Assembly: GCA_051530055.1 (NCBI GenBank)
Contig: CM121341.1
Location: 2,012,734 to 2,076,733, forward strand
DNA from: Neoechinorhynchus agilis
Taxonomy: Eukaryota > Animalia > Acanthocephala
Direction of reading: 5' to 3'
Length of the DNA stretch: 64,000 bases
In this document: positions 14,651-27,480 of the stretch, piece after piece
Numbering within the stretch: the stretch's first letter is position 1
Layout of the letters: every line of letters begins with the position of its first letter
Notes under the pieces: generated by a model
Told to the model about the DNA's origin: nothing
What the model saw: only the letters and a program-made list of their open reading frames with translations
Databases searched by the model: none
Translations under genes and position numbers: made by a program

Positions 14651-14875
14651 TTTTTGACGCGTGTATATATATTCTGATCGAAGTTCAATAAAACAAAGAC
14701 TATCAAATAAGAGCTATTGTTGAACTAAAATATTTTGTAACAGATTCACTATTGAGCGTTGTAGATTTTTAAATTTTACATTTTGTTCGTGGATTCTATT
14801 GATGATAATGATTACAGACTTACGCGATCATTCCAAGCATATCAAAATATTTATTCAAAAAATTCTATGTAAGAT

Positions 14876-15039
14876 CCTGTCTTTAAAAAGACAGAAGGAA
14901 CAATATTGATCCACAATAAATTCCAATTAGACACGATAGCCATTAATTGGTGCTTTCCCTGTCTTTAAAAAGACAGAAGGAACAATATTGATCCACAATA
15001 AATTCCAATTAGACGCGAAAGCCATTAATTTGTACTTTT
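14876..15039. repeat. 82-bp tandem duplication, each copy starting with an 8-bp hairpin
   Basis: cctgtctttaaaaagacagaaggaacaatattgatccacaataaattccaattagac occurs at 14876 and 14958; ctgtcttt/aaagacag is a perfect inverted repeat. Confidence 0.9.
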
Positions 15040-15323
15040 CGAGTTCAAAAATTATTTTCTTGCATTTTTGTAGATCTGCGCCGGGTTATACTTAAAGCCT
15101 TAATTGAATAGTCGTGTACTTTAATTTTTTAATTTTAAATAAAAGCTTATTGCGTTCTAAAAATCGATCTCAAGAAGATCCATTAAAATCCAATTATCTT
15201 TTCACTTGAATACACGCCGCATTCCATAAAAGACTCTTAGTTCAAGTAAAATTAAAGAATTTAAGATTTATTTAACTCGTCAAAAATACCATCAACGTAG
15301 CGGTGATGGAAAGTATCTATTAA

Positions 15324-18300
15324 TTAACCAATGTATTTGTAAGCATCAGAAATTGCTTTGGCAATACATGGAATCGTTTGGGTCGTTCCGAACAAGTCTG
15401 CAGATTGCAAATGCATCAAAGCTTTGTTCTTATGTCCCTCGTGGTATGTCTTGTAAGCTAAACAGACTTTGATTATTGGATAGAATATGCGATTAGTCTT
15501 AGCAATATTTAACAGAATTAACAAGAGATCCGGACATTTGTTGACTTTGAAAAATCCGCACTTGTATTGAATAACCGTAAGTTTTGCCAAGTAATATGAA
15601 TCTACGAAATCGAATTGGCGAATTGAATAAAAGTGCCCGACTGAGAGAACAAACATTATTTCAACAGATCCTGAAAATTTGAGTGGTTTCTGAACGTATG
15701 CCATTATTTCTAAAGTCATTATCATTGTGTCCATCGTGGATTCTCATAACGAAACGATTTAAATGATGAGAATCCGCAATTTATGCAGTTATTTTTTGTT
15801 GTTCGGCATCTGATAAATCAGTTCCCAATCCACATAAAGCAGCAGCGCTTATAATATCTTCACGAAAAAGATTTGACAGTAATTGCTCCATTTCATGCGT
15901 CGGGCAGCAAACAACATTGAGGAGGATATCCGTACCGTAAATCAAAGCAAGGAATTCCCCACCTGATCGAAGTCTTTGAAACAATTTCATCGAATCTTTA
16001 ATTTTGTCAACGTTCAAATTGAGAAGATGAACAATTGCTCGATTAGTGATTAAATCTCGCAACATCGGCATTTCGTAGTTTACATCAAACAGAACTGAGA
16101 GGATCTTATCGAGATTGACTCCCGCTTCAACGGTTTCACCGATGGTAATTTGATATTGAGAGATTAGCCAGAAACATTGAATAGCGGTTTGAAGACAAGA
16201 AGCCTTTCTAATACCAAGATTACCGATTTCAATAGATAGAGGAAGAACGACATTTATCTCGTTGTGTTCATTGGTCAACATATAACACTGTAAAAGAACG
16301 TTCAATGGTTCAAGTAAAGTGACTTTTGATTCTGGTATTAGTTGCCTCAACCACAGTGAAGTCTTGGCATCTCGTATCGAGCGCACTAACTGTCCAAGGG
16401 AATAAAATGCTTTATTTGAGGAGTGCCAAAAGTCATAGAAAGGCTTAATGCGAAAAATCAATCAACACTTTTAGACATTCCCCAATACTCCTTTCAAGTA
16501 AAATGGACGACACAACAAATAAAAATTCATCAGAATCTCCGTCAAAATCATCATCCGCCCATCGTCTAACGATTTGATGGACAGTTCGAAACGAACGAAA
16601 ATCGGAAATATCAATCCTCGCGTACATAGCGATCGCATTATCGCATTGTTGAATTCCCTTCTCCATATAACGCATAGAGACTGAATATCTGGCGAATAAA
16701 TAGAGAACGATAAACTTTTGGAATTTCTCTATTGTTTTCAAATCGATTGATTCCAAGGTAACAACTCCATCATAGAATCCATATCGATCAAACTGAATGA
16801 GTGCACTGTGGAAATTGTAATAAAATGCTTTATGTGCATCCGGGTTATCAAAAGTTAAATCCATTAGGCGGCTATATCCATTTGTAACGTTAGTGTTACA
16901 TCTGCAACGACGGTAATCGAATACCGCGGTCTCGTCTTCAAGCAATTCCTTTTCCCTGTATCTCAAATAATTGATGTTTATTCGACGAGGATTTTTAGAG
17001 TCGTGCTTATGAAATTTCAACCGGGGTTCCGGTCGCACTTTGTCAAGAAGTGGAACATAGTAAATAGGCTTAAAATTTTGTTTTGGTTTGCCATGAGACC
17101 GGAGAACGACATAATCCTCGATGTCCTCAATGGCGTCAACTATGAACTCTTCACCGATGTCAAAAATTGATTTTATGCTTTCTTGCGACGTTATAAATTT
17201 TACAATATCTCTTGGAAACACACTGATGCCTTTTTCTACTCGTTTTTCGATTTTCTTCACTATCGTTCTGTAACGAACTTCAAAACTTCTGTTTAGTTCA
17301 AAAAATCTTTTTTTAGGAGGCCTTCGATAGAAACGATTGTCCGGATGAACATTATCATTGCATGATTCGTAACAAGCGTAGTCATTATTCTCATAGAACT
17401 CAATTAAGCCTTTTGTTATATATGCTCGAAATTCCTTTATGCAGCATGTCTACGATCGTGAAATCCAATATCGATAGTAGACATATTGACAATTTACAAT
17501 ATATCCTTCGGCAATCCGCAGTGCGTCAAGTGGTCTAAATCTCATTAATATGCAATAGAATATATCTCCGGTTTTATTTAAAGAGCAGTAACACCGACCC
17601 GCAAACCTCGCTTGAAAAGAGTCATCGTCGCTGTCCGAATTATACATTCCATGTAGTTCAATGTCTGATTGATCAGTTTCAGTCATTTCATCCACGTAAT
17701 TGCTCACAGTAATCTCCTTTTCATGACCATCGCTATCAATTGTAGCCGTTATCGTATTCTTTTTCCGCTGGTTTTTGGCATAAGCACAGGTTACAAATCC
17801 CTGGCTAAAAAGCTCTCTAAACCCAGTTCTGATATTCTCGTATTCGTTATCTCTTAAAACGTATTTTACGGCTGATACCTCAAACCTGTAGCCAATCATT
17901 GCACTTATTTTTAAAATCCTTTGAGAGTGACCGCTCAATCGATCAAATGTTACCATCAGATTTGAATGGTGGCGTTGTCCTTGTTTATTCAAAGTATCCT
18001 CCTTCCCTGGAATCAGTGTCAGTTCTCGACTTTGATGAAATAAATCGCCATTTATTGAAATCATGAGTTCTGGAATTGGTTCACTGAAATTCATACTATC
18101 CGTTGTTTTCGGCAAGATTTTAACGCAACCACTCATCAACAACTCGTATAGGATTTGTTCAATTTGAACAGGAATACCTTCACCTCGTTCCTCCAAGATA
18201 TCCTCTACCGCAGTTGGAATCCGACATACTCTTAAAAGTTGGCAAGCAAGAGTTGTATCGTATCGACTTGCAATTTTAGAAATGTTCATTTTCTTAAACC

Positions 18301-20787
18301 GCATTCTTTGTGAAAAAAGTGTTCCAAGTGAATCCATAACTAATTTATTTCCACTATAGCACGCAACAATAATAACTAGATTTCGAATGCATCCGATTAA
18401 TTCCATTATTCTGAGACTGAATCGGTCTACCAACTCAAGATTATCAACGAAAATTACGAATTTACAATCCTTTAGAGGTTCATTTCTGTAGGATCAATGC
18501 TCAACAAGGAAATGTGCACGTTTGGGTTACTTGGCCCGTTTGCTTTTGAATAATAAATATATTTTTACAAAATTAATAAAATTTTGTTATAAGGTTCAAT
18601 CCAATCTCTAAGTCTTATAAAATATTTATACGCTCAAAATATTTCAAGCGCGTGAGAATTTAAGGTGTAAAATGATTATAAAGTGAGACAAAAAAACATA
18701 ATGTTCACCGCAAATTTAATAAAAAGAGTAAAAATGTTCAATTAAAAATTGTACAGCGCAGTTTTTTTGCAAGTGGAAATTAAAATTTCGGGATTTTCTC
18801 CAACGTACAAATGCGAGCTTATGAGCATTGATACTTTTCTGAATTTAGGACCATCCATGAACATCTTTTTTAAAAGATGAAGAAGTATTTCCGCATTAAA
18901 GTTCTCCGCCATCATCGGCTTACGGAAATTGGTTTGAAATACATCATTTAAGAGGAAAAGATTATGTTCATACTTGTGATCTATTACTTTTCTTATAAAA
19001 GACATTCTGGAAGCTGAATCCATTCCATTTAGATCAAAAATGTTATTAACCATTGATCGAATGACCCATCCGAATTCATATCGTCGTTCGAGCATCGGCT
19101 GAATTATCATCGTATTCACATTAAGTTTTCGCAAGGAATCCTCAATATTTTCTTTTGCATGCAGCAGAAAACGCGTAATACCGATTCCACTTGCTCCGAC
19201 CAATGCAACAAAATCCCTTTTGTTCGCTTGCTTACAAGTCAGTTGTCTAGTGATAATCTTATATAAATTAGCTAAATCGTCTTCCCGTCCAACAATTGGA
19301 AACGCAGACGAGATTTTTCTAGCTGAAAAATCGATCGACTTTTGTGTAGTCATCGTTTTCTTGAATTGCCTTATAGTTCCGATATCATCGAGACCTTTTA
19401 AAAATTTTTCAGGGAGTATTTCAAATTGAGATTCAATCATTCGCGACTTATAGAAAGTTGTTCTATCACATGAGACAATATTTGGATACGCGACCATTAA
19501 TCTCGCAGCGAGATTCACTTCGCGTCCAATCACAGTATACTCACAACGTTCGTGATTGCCGACAATGCCACAAAAACAAACACCACTGGTCACACCGACC
19601 GATCTACTGAGAATAACCTCGAATTCCTTAGAGCTAAGCTTTTCATGAGCATAAGCTGCAAATTTTAAACCACGTTCCTCTTGATTCGGTTTACTACTCG
19701 CCGGTAATCCAAATGCACATAGAAAACTAAGTCCTTTGTCGAACATCAATACCTTGGTTAATAAACCGCCGAAATCAACAATCAAAGTATAAATCGTCGA
19801 TACAACCGATTGGAGTAATTGCATCAGTCCATCAGTGTCAAGTTCACGAGTTTCAATTTGGATGAATACAATCGTGAGGTGTCGAAGTTCGGACATTAGC
19901 TCCCATGTATTATTTCCAGTCAACTGTTTTCTAACTGGCTTTATTATGAAGTCGTAATGGTAATCAAAATCAGTTTCTCCATATTTAAGGTTTTTGAGAA
20001 CTGCACGCTCTATTACATTCTCAAAAGGCCAGAATCGACTCTCATTCGAAATAGTTTCAGTGTATCCTTTGACAAGAATGAATTTCCGTTGCGCATCGTC
20101 CATAATCACTTCACCGTAGTAACTGTTGTCCAGTTCAGCGGCTCGCCATACTCGAATGTCAATCACAATGTCTTGACATTCGCACATATGTTCGCAATCG
20201 TTCGAGTGATTGATAGCATCGCCATAACAAACGTAATAATTGGAATCGATATAACCTCCCCGGAGCCATCTCGCAACACGATCATCTTCCATTTTTCCAG
20301 TATATACCGGATTTTTGCAACGCAACACATAGCAAGTGTATTGACCATAAGATATTCCCGATTTTATACTTAATTCGGTTCCAACCATCGTAGGACGATT
20401 GCAGAATCTTTTCTGGAGAGTTAAAGCGCAATCCAATGCTCGTCGAACACAAAACTGGAAATTGTGCCGAGAAGACCGTTTAGACGCATTCCAAAGTACT
20501 AAGATGGCATCGCCGGCGAATTTATAGATATCACCACCGTGTTGGAGAACTACGGTTGTTATCTCTCGAAGATAATCATTAAAATCGCTTGCCATGTCGT
20601 CCACGTTAAAATGTGGACTTGATGCGTATCGCTGAGACATGGCCGTGAATCCGGAAACGTCGGAGAACATCACAGCGCCCAAGTGATCCACTTTGAATGG
20701 TATTTGTTTTGGCATTCCGCCTCCAATGATAATGTCCGGCAAATGAGCCGAATATAGTTTACGTCGAGAAAGAGTAGTTGACATCAT
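15324..20787 (-). CDS. ADCY10: Soluble adenylyl cyclase (type 10): two class III cyclase domains, a P-loop/STAND-like region and a helical C-terminus; about 5 exons
   Basis: C1 motifs MFSDVSGFTAM and YKFAGDAILVLW; C2 motifs SELRHLTIVF, KVLMFDKGLSFLCAFGLP and EYTVIGREVNLAARLM. Frame-compatible introns are 18470-18834, 17450-17497 (48 nt, removes the in-frame TAG) and 16444-16468 (25 nt; longer alternatives exist). The last junction (~15743-15833) is uncertain. Confidence 0.92.
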
Positions 20788-20944
20788 CTGTTCAAATTAT
20801 CAGTCCTGGAATTTGGAGCATCGATTTGATCTTTATAACTATGTTACCATGACGATTGAATAGCGCTTGTTTTTTTAGAAATTCAAGCGCAACCTGAAAA
20901 GTGTCGCCAAATTTAATTTGAAATGACATTATTTATGTGGTTTA

Positions 20945-22700
20945 AAATTTGGTGAAATCAATGGTTAGTTTCACGATTGCTGCCCAAAGTACCAAGTTGG
21001 ATTGTTGTTGAACGATCGTGAGTAGCATGGAAACTTTAAAGAATAAAACATTTCTAAAATCTGTTAGAATTGTAATTATTACGTTTATAAGAAGAAGCAA
21101 TCGAAACGGAAAGGTTCCCATTTTAGCTCGCATGCAGGGATATGCGCTTTTGATAGATCTGTTGCGTTTATCAATACTTCATCGCAGAAACGAATCCGTT
21201 AGATTCTCGAATCGTGAGGAGAAAAATCGAAACGGGACCATTGATAGAAAAATATAATAGATAATACTATGCGGACTATAGCAAAGATTCGGACAATACT
21301 CATGAGTAGAATGAGGGAGTTTATCAACAAATTATAAAGCACCTTAAAAAAAATATGTAAAATAATTAAAAGTTTAGCTCTAGCGCCACAAATTAGCGAC
21401 TAAAGGCATTATAAAACTCAAATCAAGAATGTGAAAGAGCGCTGAAGTGGTCAGGGTCGCGAAATCGTTAGCGGATGACAAAATCGATGCGTCCAGAATT
21501 TCAAAACCAGGTTATTTTCATTTAAAGCATCGACAACATTTTGCTTGGTCAGATAAAAAGTCCGTTCGGGCGGAAATTGGTGGTTACTGTTTGTAGGAGA
21601 GTTTGCTAGGACATCCGAGAAGATTGGGCAGTATGAAAAAAGGAAAGCAGTGATGGGATAAACAGGTCAAAGAAGTGACGGTTCCATTGGCGTTTAAATC
21701 GGCATAAATACCGATAAATTGATTGGTTCTATGTAGGCATTTGTGATTCATTCTTTGTTGTGGACAATCGTCCCGTTGAGATTTATCGTAACGCGATGAA
21801 CGATATTTTCCCACAGATCGAACGGAAATAATATCCTCAGTTGATTTTGGGACAAATCAATGTACCGGCAAGATATTTAAGCAAGGCTCTAAAATTATTA
21901 AATCTCATGGCTATTAGGACGCGATGAAGAAGTTTGAGTAATTTATTGCCTTTAAAATTTAGAACGGTCAAACTCTTAAGACAGTAAAATGCGCTTTCGT
22001 GAACATAAACGATTGAATTGTTCAAAATGTCCAAATTTACCAAGTTCACCGACATTTCCAAATCCTACTTCTCTAGAGCACTTAGTCAATTTTAAGATAA
22101 AAATAAAGACTGCGCCATAACGCATTTCCGGTTATTTCCAGTTGGTGGAATTTCGCATTTCTCGTTCATAATGCCAAAGCAAAAAAGATTTCATTCGCGT
22201 AAAAAGTTCAAAACCGACTACTTGCATTTTTCCGCCACAAAACTACGAATCGTTTGAATCAGGAAGCTAAAAATCCTGATGAAACAAATCGGTAGTCTTG
22301 CAGGTAAGCAGCTTTTGTAACTTTAAGATTTATTAAATTTGCCGATTGATTCATTTGTGCAAATTAAAGGAATTTGCCATCTGAACTACAATAAAGAAAT
22401 TCTAATTTTTGCATTAAGTTATTCGATAAATACAGAACATTCCGCCTTTTAATGTTTCCAATTTTAAGAAAACCTTTCGCTTTTAATCGATTATTCTCAA
22501 GAACAAGAATTTCGAGCTTTAGAAGATGCTCATAAAAATTGCTCGCCGAAAGTTCTTTTTTCGTGAGGAATTTTTACTCATCGCGTTCAAGTCGGCAAAT
22601 TGAGTTTAATCGAAGAATTTTTACTTCAATTCGTCGGGATGTTGCTGTTCAATTCTAGCTAAAGTTTTACGCATTTTATTTTGCGAGTTTTACTTTGAAC
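20945..22700 (-). pseudogene. Fragmented leucine-rich-repeat protein followed by hydrophobic segments; possible decayed LRR-GPCR (LGR-like)
   Basis: LRR-like peptides LEILVLENNRL, LYLSNNLMQKL and NLVNLDILNNSIVYVHESAFYCLKSLTVLNFKGNKLLKL are followed by Cys-rich and hydrophobic stretches (LLINSLILLMSIVRIFAIVRIVLSIIFFY; FRLLLLINVIITIL). They fall in different frames with stops, and I could not build a clean spliced model. Confidence 0.45.
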
Positions 22701-23159
22701 ATTATAAAGTTGCGAATAGCAAAGATTGCTTAGCTTTTTGAATGGTCATTCGCAATATTATGGCCATTTTCAGAGTTGTAAAACCCGAATATTTAGATTT
22801 TTTTATCTGAATGGATTTACGTTTTCTTTACAAAGTTTAAACCGTTTGTTATTTGTCGTAGTTTTATATGCGTTTAACACTTCAAAAATAAAGCTTACAT
22901 TAGTACTTTTCCTTTTGATAAATTCGCCGAGTTAAATGTTTTAGTTGATAAATGTCTTATATTTGGTTTTTTATGGCGGAAAATTTGAAATAATATTATT
23001 AAATCCGATATTTCGGCACAATCTTGTGCCTATGCGGCGCAACAGCCATTTATAACTTTTGAAATAAAAATGAAACTAGAAAATATCGCTTAGTATTGAT
23101 TATATTTATTCAATCCTGCAATTTTTTTAAACGATAAATGTATTCAATCAATCTTCATC

Positions 23160-23800
23160 TCTCGACAATTAACACACTCACCACCTCCCACCAAATTCCA
23201 GCTTTTGTCCTTCCTCGACCGTCGCCATCACGCTGGCAGCATTGCCCCGTTGTACTGCCAGCGAGATATTTTGTCGAAGGAATACGCCTACTCTTGAGTC
23301 TCCGGTTGCCTCTCTCAATTTCTTCGAGAGATCCTGGAGCAGAGTGAGTGCCGAGCTGCCGAGCACTCCATACGTCTCTACCCCAAAGGGGACAAACTAG
23401 TGAGCCCTCGATAAGTGAATATATTTCCGTATTTTCCTCCCTTCCGCTGCACTGGCGGCACCACCGGCGATTTCGAGGGAGTAGCGGATGTTGCTGGCTG
23501 CGAGGGACGCATAATTTTATTAACCGTTCTAAGTGATCTGGTGAACCGAACTCGATTGGCATGAGTCTCTACAAGAGAATCGGGTGCTTGGTCCGATGTG
23601 CACATTTCATCGCTGCCGTTGTGAAGCGACCGTTGAACCATCAGGACGCCATGGTCTCTTCGTTCGGCAATCAGGCGGAAGGTACTCACGACACGCCGAA
23701 ATGAACGCAATGCTCTTAGTCGTGCCCTGAATACTGTGAATGCGCCTAACGTCTGAGAGCCGTAGGCCGGACGGTGTCACAGTGTTTCCGTGGCGAGAAG
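23160..23800 (-). mobile_element. 3' remnant of a CRE-type non-LTR retrotransposon (restriction-like endonuclease end)
   Basis: RPDG motif followed, across frameshifts and a stop, by FVPFGVETYGVLGSSALTLLQDLSKKLREATGDSRVGVFLRQNISLAVQRGNAASV. This parallels the C-terminus of the element at 33400-35875. Confidence 0.8.
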
Positions 23801-24334
23801 GCAGCAACATAAAATTCGCCGCAATTAAACGGGGTCCGCCTTTGGCGTCGAGATATTCAGGTTGTCTGATGATCGTTGGTTTGGCATTATAAAAAAGTAG
23901 ATTGCGAGGGAAACTTGCAAACGTTTTAGAAAAAAGAAAAATATTAGTATTATCGACACTAAAATCGGCCCAAAGGCGCAAAAGCGAAACAAATCTTGAT
24001 TTCGAGCAGATACAAAATTCTATAAAATGTAAGAAGAGACAAACTTGAACGTTTTTTATAGAATCAAATGCTTCAGGAAATATTGTAGTTTTCGCCCGAT
24101 CTCGGGTACCACTTAAATGGAACATAAATCGTGATTTAGGAAGAAAACAAGTTTAAATGGATAGAAATGAAGACCTGTGAGGAAGTTTGAACGGTCTTTT
24201 CGAACAAAGTATTTCTTAAGAAAATATTCGCGTTTTCGACGATTACATCCCATGTCACCCAAGAGAAACATAAATCGCGAATATTGTTTTAGACGAGCGA
24301 ATAAGAGTAATGGAAATTGTTAATAGTACGTCTA

Positions 24335-25096
24335 CTACTGCTGTTGTTTATGAGTTCCTCCTCCAAGAACACGAGAAATGACAAGTCCGAGCATAAATGA
24401 TAAGAGTGAGCAAAGAATAAGCTGAATGGTCCCATAAGATGATTCAAGATCGTTTCGTGTAGACGGCACATTTGTGAATGCATTGTTTCCAAAATCAAAC
24501 GTTCGTTTGACTGCTTTTGGGGCTGGTGCAGGCACAGAGGATTCGTCTTTATGACCCTTATTTTCCATGACTCTTCTAACGACGTGTTCTTGATCTTTAT
24601 CAGTAAAATTATCAGTACTGCTATTTGCGGTGGACTCAACCGGATCAGTCGATGGATTTCGTTCAATGAAATAGCACGATAAACGAACTCCTATAATTTC
24701 ATTAGGGCTTTTACTGTCCCAAACACGAGAATCGTATTGTTCGGATGTTGGTTCTGCAAAGCATGATTGTACCATGAACCGATGTGGCTTATCCGGACTC
24801 TCGGATCTTGAATGCTTCTTGTTGTTATCCGGTGGTTGATGCTCGAATGTGATATTGATTTGTGCGAGATGACCAGGCTGAATGAGTCCGTTGTTCGGTT
24901 TGACCACATAAGCGTAAGGCTTTGTAGTTCGGATTTTGAACAGGACGCTTCGATCATGCGGATTGGTGATTTTTAGAGTTGCGATGTACTTGGACTTATC
25001 TGCTTTAGTGTTAGAGAAGAGGAGCTGAGCGGCTGGATCCACAAGGATGTGTGGCTTCAGTCCTTCTTGGTCTGGTGGGCCATTCACTGTACACAT
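24335..25096 (-). CDS. VAP: VAMP-associated protein (VAP) family: MSP domain, linker and C-terminal transmembrane helix; intronless
   Basis: MSP motifs LKITNPHDRSVLFKIRTTKPYAYVVKPNNGLIQPG and HRFMVQS; C-terminal hydrophobic anchor IQLILCSLLSFMLGLVISRVL; uninterrupted 253-aa ORF. Confidence 0.88.
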   Translation of the reverse strand: MCTVNGPPDQEGLKPHILVDPAAQLLFSNTKADKSKYIATLKITNPHDRSVLFKIRTTKPYAYVVKPNNGLIQPGHLAQINITFEHQPPDNNKKHSRSESPDKPHRFMVQSCFAEPTSEQYDSRVWDSKSPNEIIGVRLSCYFIERNPSTDPVESTANSSTDNFTDKDQEHVVRRVMENKGHKDESSVPAPAPKAVKRTFDFGNNAFTNVPSTRNDLESSYGTIQLILCSLLSFMLGLVISRVLGGGTHKQQQ

Positions 25097-25419
25097 CTGG
25101 CACGGGAAACGGCTAAACTATTATCAGATTCAACAAAAAAGAAGCACGAAGGGAGGGGGTGTCGATTGCGTGAGCAAGCAGTTAAAGCGATGTCGCGTGT
25201 GAGTGTTGCTCGATGGAATGTGTGAGAAATCGTTGACGCTGGAGAATGCTAACTAGAGCAATGGAATCCAAAAGCAGCAATAGAAAACAATTAACGTTTC
25301 TTCGGAAGGTAAACAATCGTTGAGCGACTCTGTTTAACCAGTGAAAACGATCTCGAGTTTTTCAAAGTTTGTATTTTAATCAAGTAGAATACATTATGTA
25401 GATGTAAAAACCATTAAAA

Positions 25420-27480
25420 GAAACCTGAAATTCGATACGAAAAAGAACTATCATCCAGCTCTAAAATGTCAAAACAATCTTCTATGGGATTAAAAAAATT
25501 AAAATCATTCCAAGGGATTATTATAAGACAGATTACAACCCGATAACTTTGTGATTTAATCAAAGTTATAAAAGATTTCCAATAATCAATAAGAACTCCC
25601 AACCATCATCCAGCGTTCAAATGTCAAAAAAAAAGAAAACAATCTCCAACAGAACAAAAACGAAAGCTTTAACTGGCAATTTAAACGTCTAAAAACCATT
25701 CCAAGGGATTATTCTAAGAAAGGTTACAAACCGACAACTTTGCGATTTAATCAAAGTTATAAAAGATTTCCAATAATCAATAAGAACACCAAACTATCAC
25801 CCAGCGTTCAAATGTCAAAAAAAAGAAAACAATCTCATACAGAACAAAAACGAAAGCTTTGACTGGCAATTTAAACGTCTAAAAACCATTCCAAGGGATT
25901 ATTCTAAGAAAGGTTACAACCCGATAACTTTGTGACTTAATAGAAATTGTATAAAATTCCCAATAATCAATAAGAACTCCCAACCATCATCCAGCGTTCA
26001 AATGTCAAAAAAAAGAAAACAATCTCCAACAGAACAAAAACGAAAGCTTTAACTGACAATTTAAACGTCTAAAAACCATTCCAAGGGATTATTCTAAGAA
26101 AGGTTACAAACCGACAACTTTGTGATTTAATCAAAGTTATAAAAGATTTCCAATAATCAATAAGAACTCCCAACTATCATCCAGCGTTCAAATGTCAAAA
26201 AAAGGAAAACAATCTCTAACCGGGCAAAAACGAAAGCTTTAACTGGCAATTTAAACGTCTAAAAACCATTCCAAGAGATTATTCTAAGAAAGGTTACAAA
26301 CCGACAACTTTGTGATTTAATCAAAGTTATAAAAGATTTCCAATAATCAATAAGAACTCCCAACTATCATCCAGCGTTCAAATGTCAAAAAAAAGAAAAC
26401 AATCTCTAACCGGGCAAAAACGAAAGCTTTAACTGGCAATTTAAACGTCTAAAAACCATTCCAAGAGATTATTCTAAGAAAGGTTACAAACCGACAACTT
26501 TGTGATTTAATCAAAGTTATAAAAGATTTCCAATAATCAATAAGAACACCCAACTATCATCCAGCGTTCAAATGTCAAAAAAAAGAAAACAATCTCTAAC
26601 AGGACAAAAACGAAAGCTTTAACTGGCAATTTAAACGTCTAAAAACCATTCCAAGGGATTATTCTAAGAAAGGTTACAACCCGATAACTTTGTGACTTAA
26701 TAGAAATTGTATAAAATTCCCAATAATCAATAAGAACTCCCAACCATCATCCAGCGTTCAAATGTCAAAAAAAAAGCAATCTCCAACAGAACAAAAACGA
26801 AAGCTTTAACTGACAATTTAAACGTCTAAAAACCATTCCAAGGGATTATTCTAAGAAAGGTTACAAACCGACAACTTTGTGACTTAATCAAAGTTATAAA
26901 AGATTCCCAATAATCAATAAGAACTCCCAACCATCATCCAGCGTTCAAATGTCAAAAAAAAGAAAACAATCTCCAACAGAACAAAAACGAAAGCTTTAAC
27001 TGGCAATTTAAACGTCTAAAAACCATTCCAAGGGATTATTCTAAGAAAGGTTACAAACCGACAACTTTGTGATTTAATCAAAGTTATAAAAGATTTCCAA
27101 TAATCAATAAGAACACCAAACTATCACCCAGCGTTCAAATGTCAAAAAAAAGAAAACAATCTCAAACAGAACAAAAACGAAAGCTTTGACTGGCAATTTA
27201 AACGTCTAAAAACCATTCCAAGGGATTATTCTAAGAAAGGTTACAACCCGATAACTTTGTGACTTAATAGAAATTGTATAAAATTTCCAATAATCAATAA
27301 GAACTCCCAACCATCATCCAGCGTTCAAATATCAAAACAAAAAGAAAACAATCTCCAACAGAACAAAAACCAAAGCTTTAACTGGCAATTTAAACGTCTA
27401 AAAACCATTCCAAGGGATTATTCCAAGAAAGGTTACAAACCGACAAGTTTGTGATTTAATCAAAGTTATAAAAGATTCAA
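25420..27480. repeat. Tandem satellite, ~190-bp monomer, ~11 copies
   Basis: ccagcgttcaaat recurs at 25610, 25801, 25991, 26181, 26371, 26561, 26751, 26938, 27128 and 27318. The first unit is degenerate. Confidence 0.97.

Noticed and set aside
17450-17452. Apparent in-frame TAG readthrough or stop-codon reassignment in ADCY10
   Set aside because: A 48-nt GT-AG intron (17450-17497) removes it and restores spacing similar to mammalian sAC; other genes use TAA, TAG and TGA normally.
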